DNA of 48,902 nucleotides from an uncultured Verrucomicrobiota bacterium (GTDB lineage Bacteria; Verrucomicrobiota; Verrucomicrobiia; Limisphaerales; AAA164-E04), in contig CAYFHO010000033.1 in NCBI GenBank assembly GCA_964342825.1, positions 1 to 48,902 on the forward strand, given 5' to 3'. The translations under genes were made by a program, and so were the position numbers. Positions 48,174-48,902 of the stretch are shown one piece after another (position 1 is the first letter of the stretch; each line of letters begins with the position of its first letter). The notes beneath the pieces are model-generated. The model searched no databases. It saw only the letters and a program-made list of their open reading frames with translations, and was not told where the DNA came from.

Positions 48174-48422
48174 TTATTGGCGTTCGTATTCACCTTTGCC
48201 CACTTTTTTGAGCACGGTGAACCCAGCCTTTTTGGCATCGCTGATCGATACCGGCTTGGTGATAGTGGGAGTATTGAATCCTGAAATGAGCTTTTTGACC
48301 GCTTTCTTACACAAGGGGCAGTTGGTCAGCGGTTTGGCCGTAAGCGGCCTTCGCAAGGTGAATCTGCCTCCACAGACCTTGCAATCTTCCCCGCTCTCCA
48401 ATTCATATTCGTAAAGTGGCAT
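48174..48422 (-). CDS. FmdB-family zinc-ribbon protein (putative regulatory)
   Basis: MPLYEYELESGEDCKVCGG...NCPLCKK has two CxxC pairs in the FmdB arrangement. 82 aa. Confidence 0.7.
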   Translation of the reverse strand: MPLYEYELESGEDCKVCGGRFTLRRPLTAKPLTNCPLCKKAVKKLISGFNTPTITKPVSISDAKKAGFTVLKKVGKGEYERQ

Positions 48423-48902
48423 ATCAAGAAAACCGACAGCTTGACCTTACCATCTCGATAATCAAGCCGTAAATTTTGGAAAGGTGATCAACCGAACCCA
48501 CTCAAAATTTGGATATCGATATGATTGAAGCTTTCTTCATTTTCCACCCAGCGTTCTTGTTTCTCGACCGTCAGGGAATCAATGCTCGCCTTTGGGAGCA
48601 GTCAACCATCTGTAACCAAGGTGAATATGAAAAGTTAGAATAAGAAACGCGAGGATACGCTCGATTTCCAAAGGAGACTCCCCTCCAGCAAACATTAAAA
48701 TCACCAATGCACCCATACTCGGAAAAAACCACAGCAATGCCATCATCTTGAAAAAGCTTTGATTTCGGTTTTTCCAAATCACAGTGATCGAAATCGTAAC
48801 GAAAGAACCAAAATTGACAAGCCGGTCCTATTGCTATGATGATCGAGGGGCGCATCTCAATTGATTCCAGAAAAAAGGTGAAGATGGGGTATAATGAGTA
48901 TT

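Noticed and set aside
1-48902. CRISPR arrays, integrases/transposases, rRNA
   Set aside because: Reading both strands found no run of regularly spaced 25-40 bp direct repeats. No DDE/tyrosine-recombinase-like ORFs and no rRNA-like conserved stretches appeared.

Overview
This 48.9 kb window looks like a chromosomal segment from a PVC-superphylum bacterium (Verrucomicrobiota/Planctomycetota-like), about 50% GC and densely coding.

The lineage call rests on three hallmark families seen directly in the ORFs:
- a DUF1549/DUF1553 cytochrome-c-domain protein paired with a TAT-signal DUF1501 protein;
- a PVC-type heme-binding protein with beta-propeller, HEAT repeats and a C-terminal CxxCH;
- a prepilin-type DUF1559 (H-X9-DG) pseudopilin.

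Recognisable housekeeping genes are pdxJ, selA-selB (translationally coupled), ispH, lnt, a quinone oxidoreductase, a pyridoxamine-phosphate-oxidase-like protein and tRNA-Ser(CGA). Regulatory genes are a Ser/Thr kinase with an extracytoplasmic sensor domain, a propeller-type sensor histidine kinase with a LuxR-family response regulator, a wHTH regulator and an FmdB zinc-ribbon protein. Membrane and secreted proteins include an NfeD/YqiJ-like plus flotillin/YqiK-like pair, a SASA-type O-acetylesterase and a very large carboxypeptidase-regulatory-like repeat protein.

Observations not explained by routine annotation:
1. A minus-strand ORF of at least 1276 codons runs off the window at position 1. 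It is not in the ORF track because it has no stop in the window. It sits directly downstream of the NfeD-flotillin pair.
2. A low-GC (about 40%) insert at 20.3-21.5 kb carries a Tyr/Gly/Thr-rich secreted protein and is bracketed by two strong bidirectional terminators.
3. A co-directional cluster encodes the Ser/Thr kinase, an orphan acyl-carrier-like protein, two tandem paralogous membrane-anchored helical-repeat proteins and the SASA esterase.
4. A small nucleotidyltransferase-fold gene occurs twice in direct orientation: intact beside the 3' end of tRNA-Ser, and as a decayed pseudogene beside selB. The two copies bracket an 8.6 kb block containing lnt, the giant secreted protein and the two-component system.

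No CRISPR array, integrase, transposase or rRNA was seen. Every family assignment comes from motif-level reading of the translations, not from database searches, and should be confirmed by HMM or BLAST.
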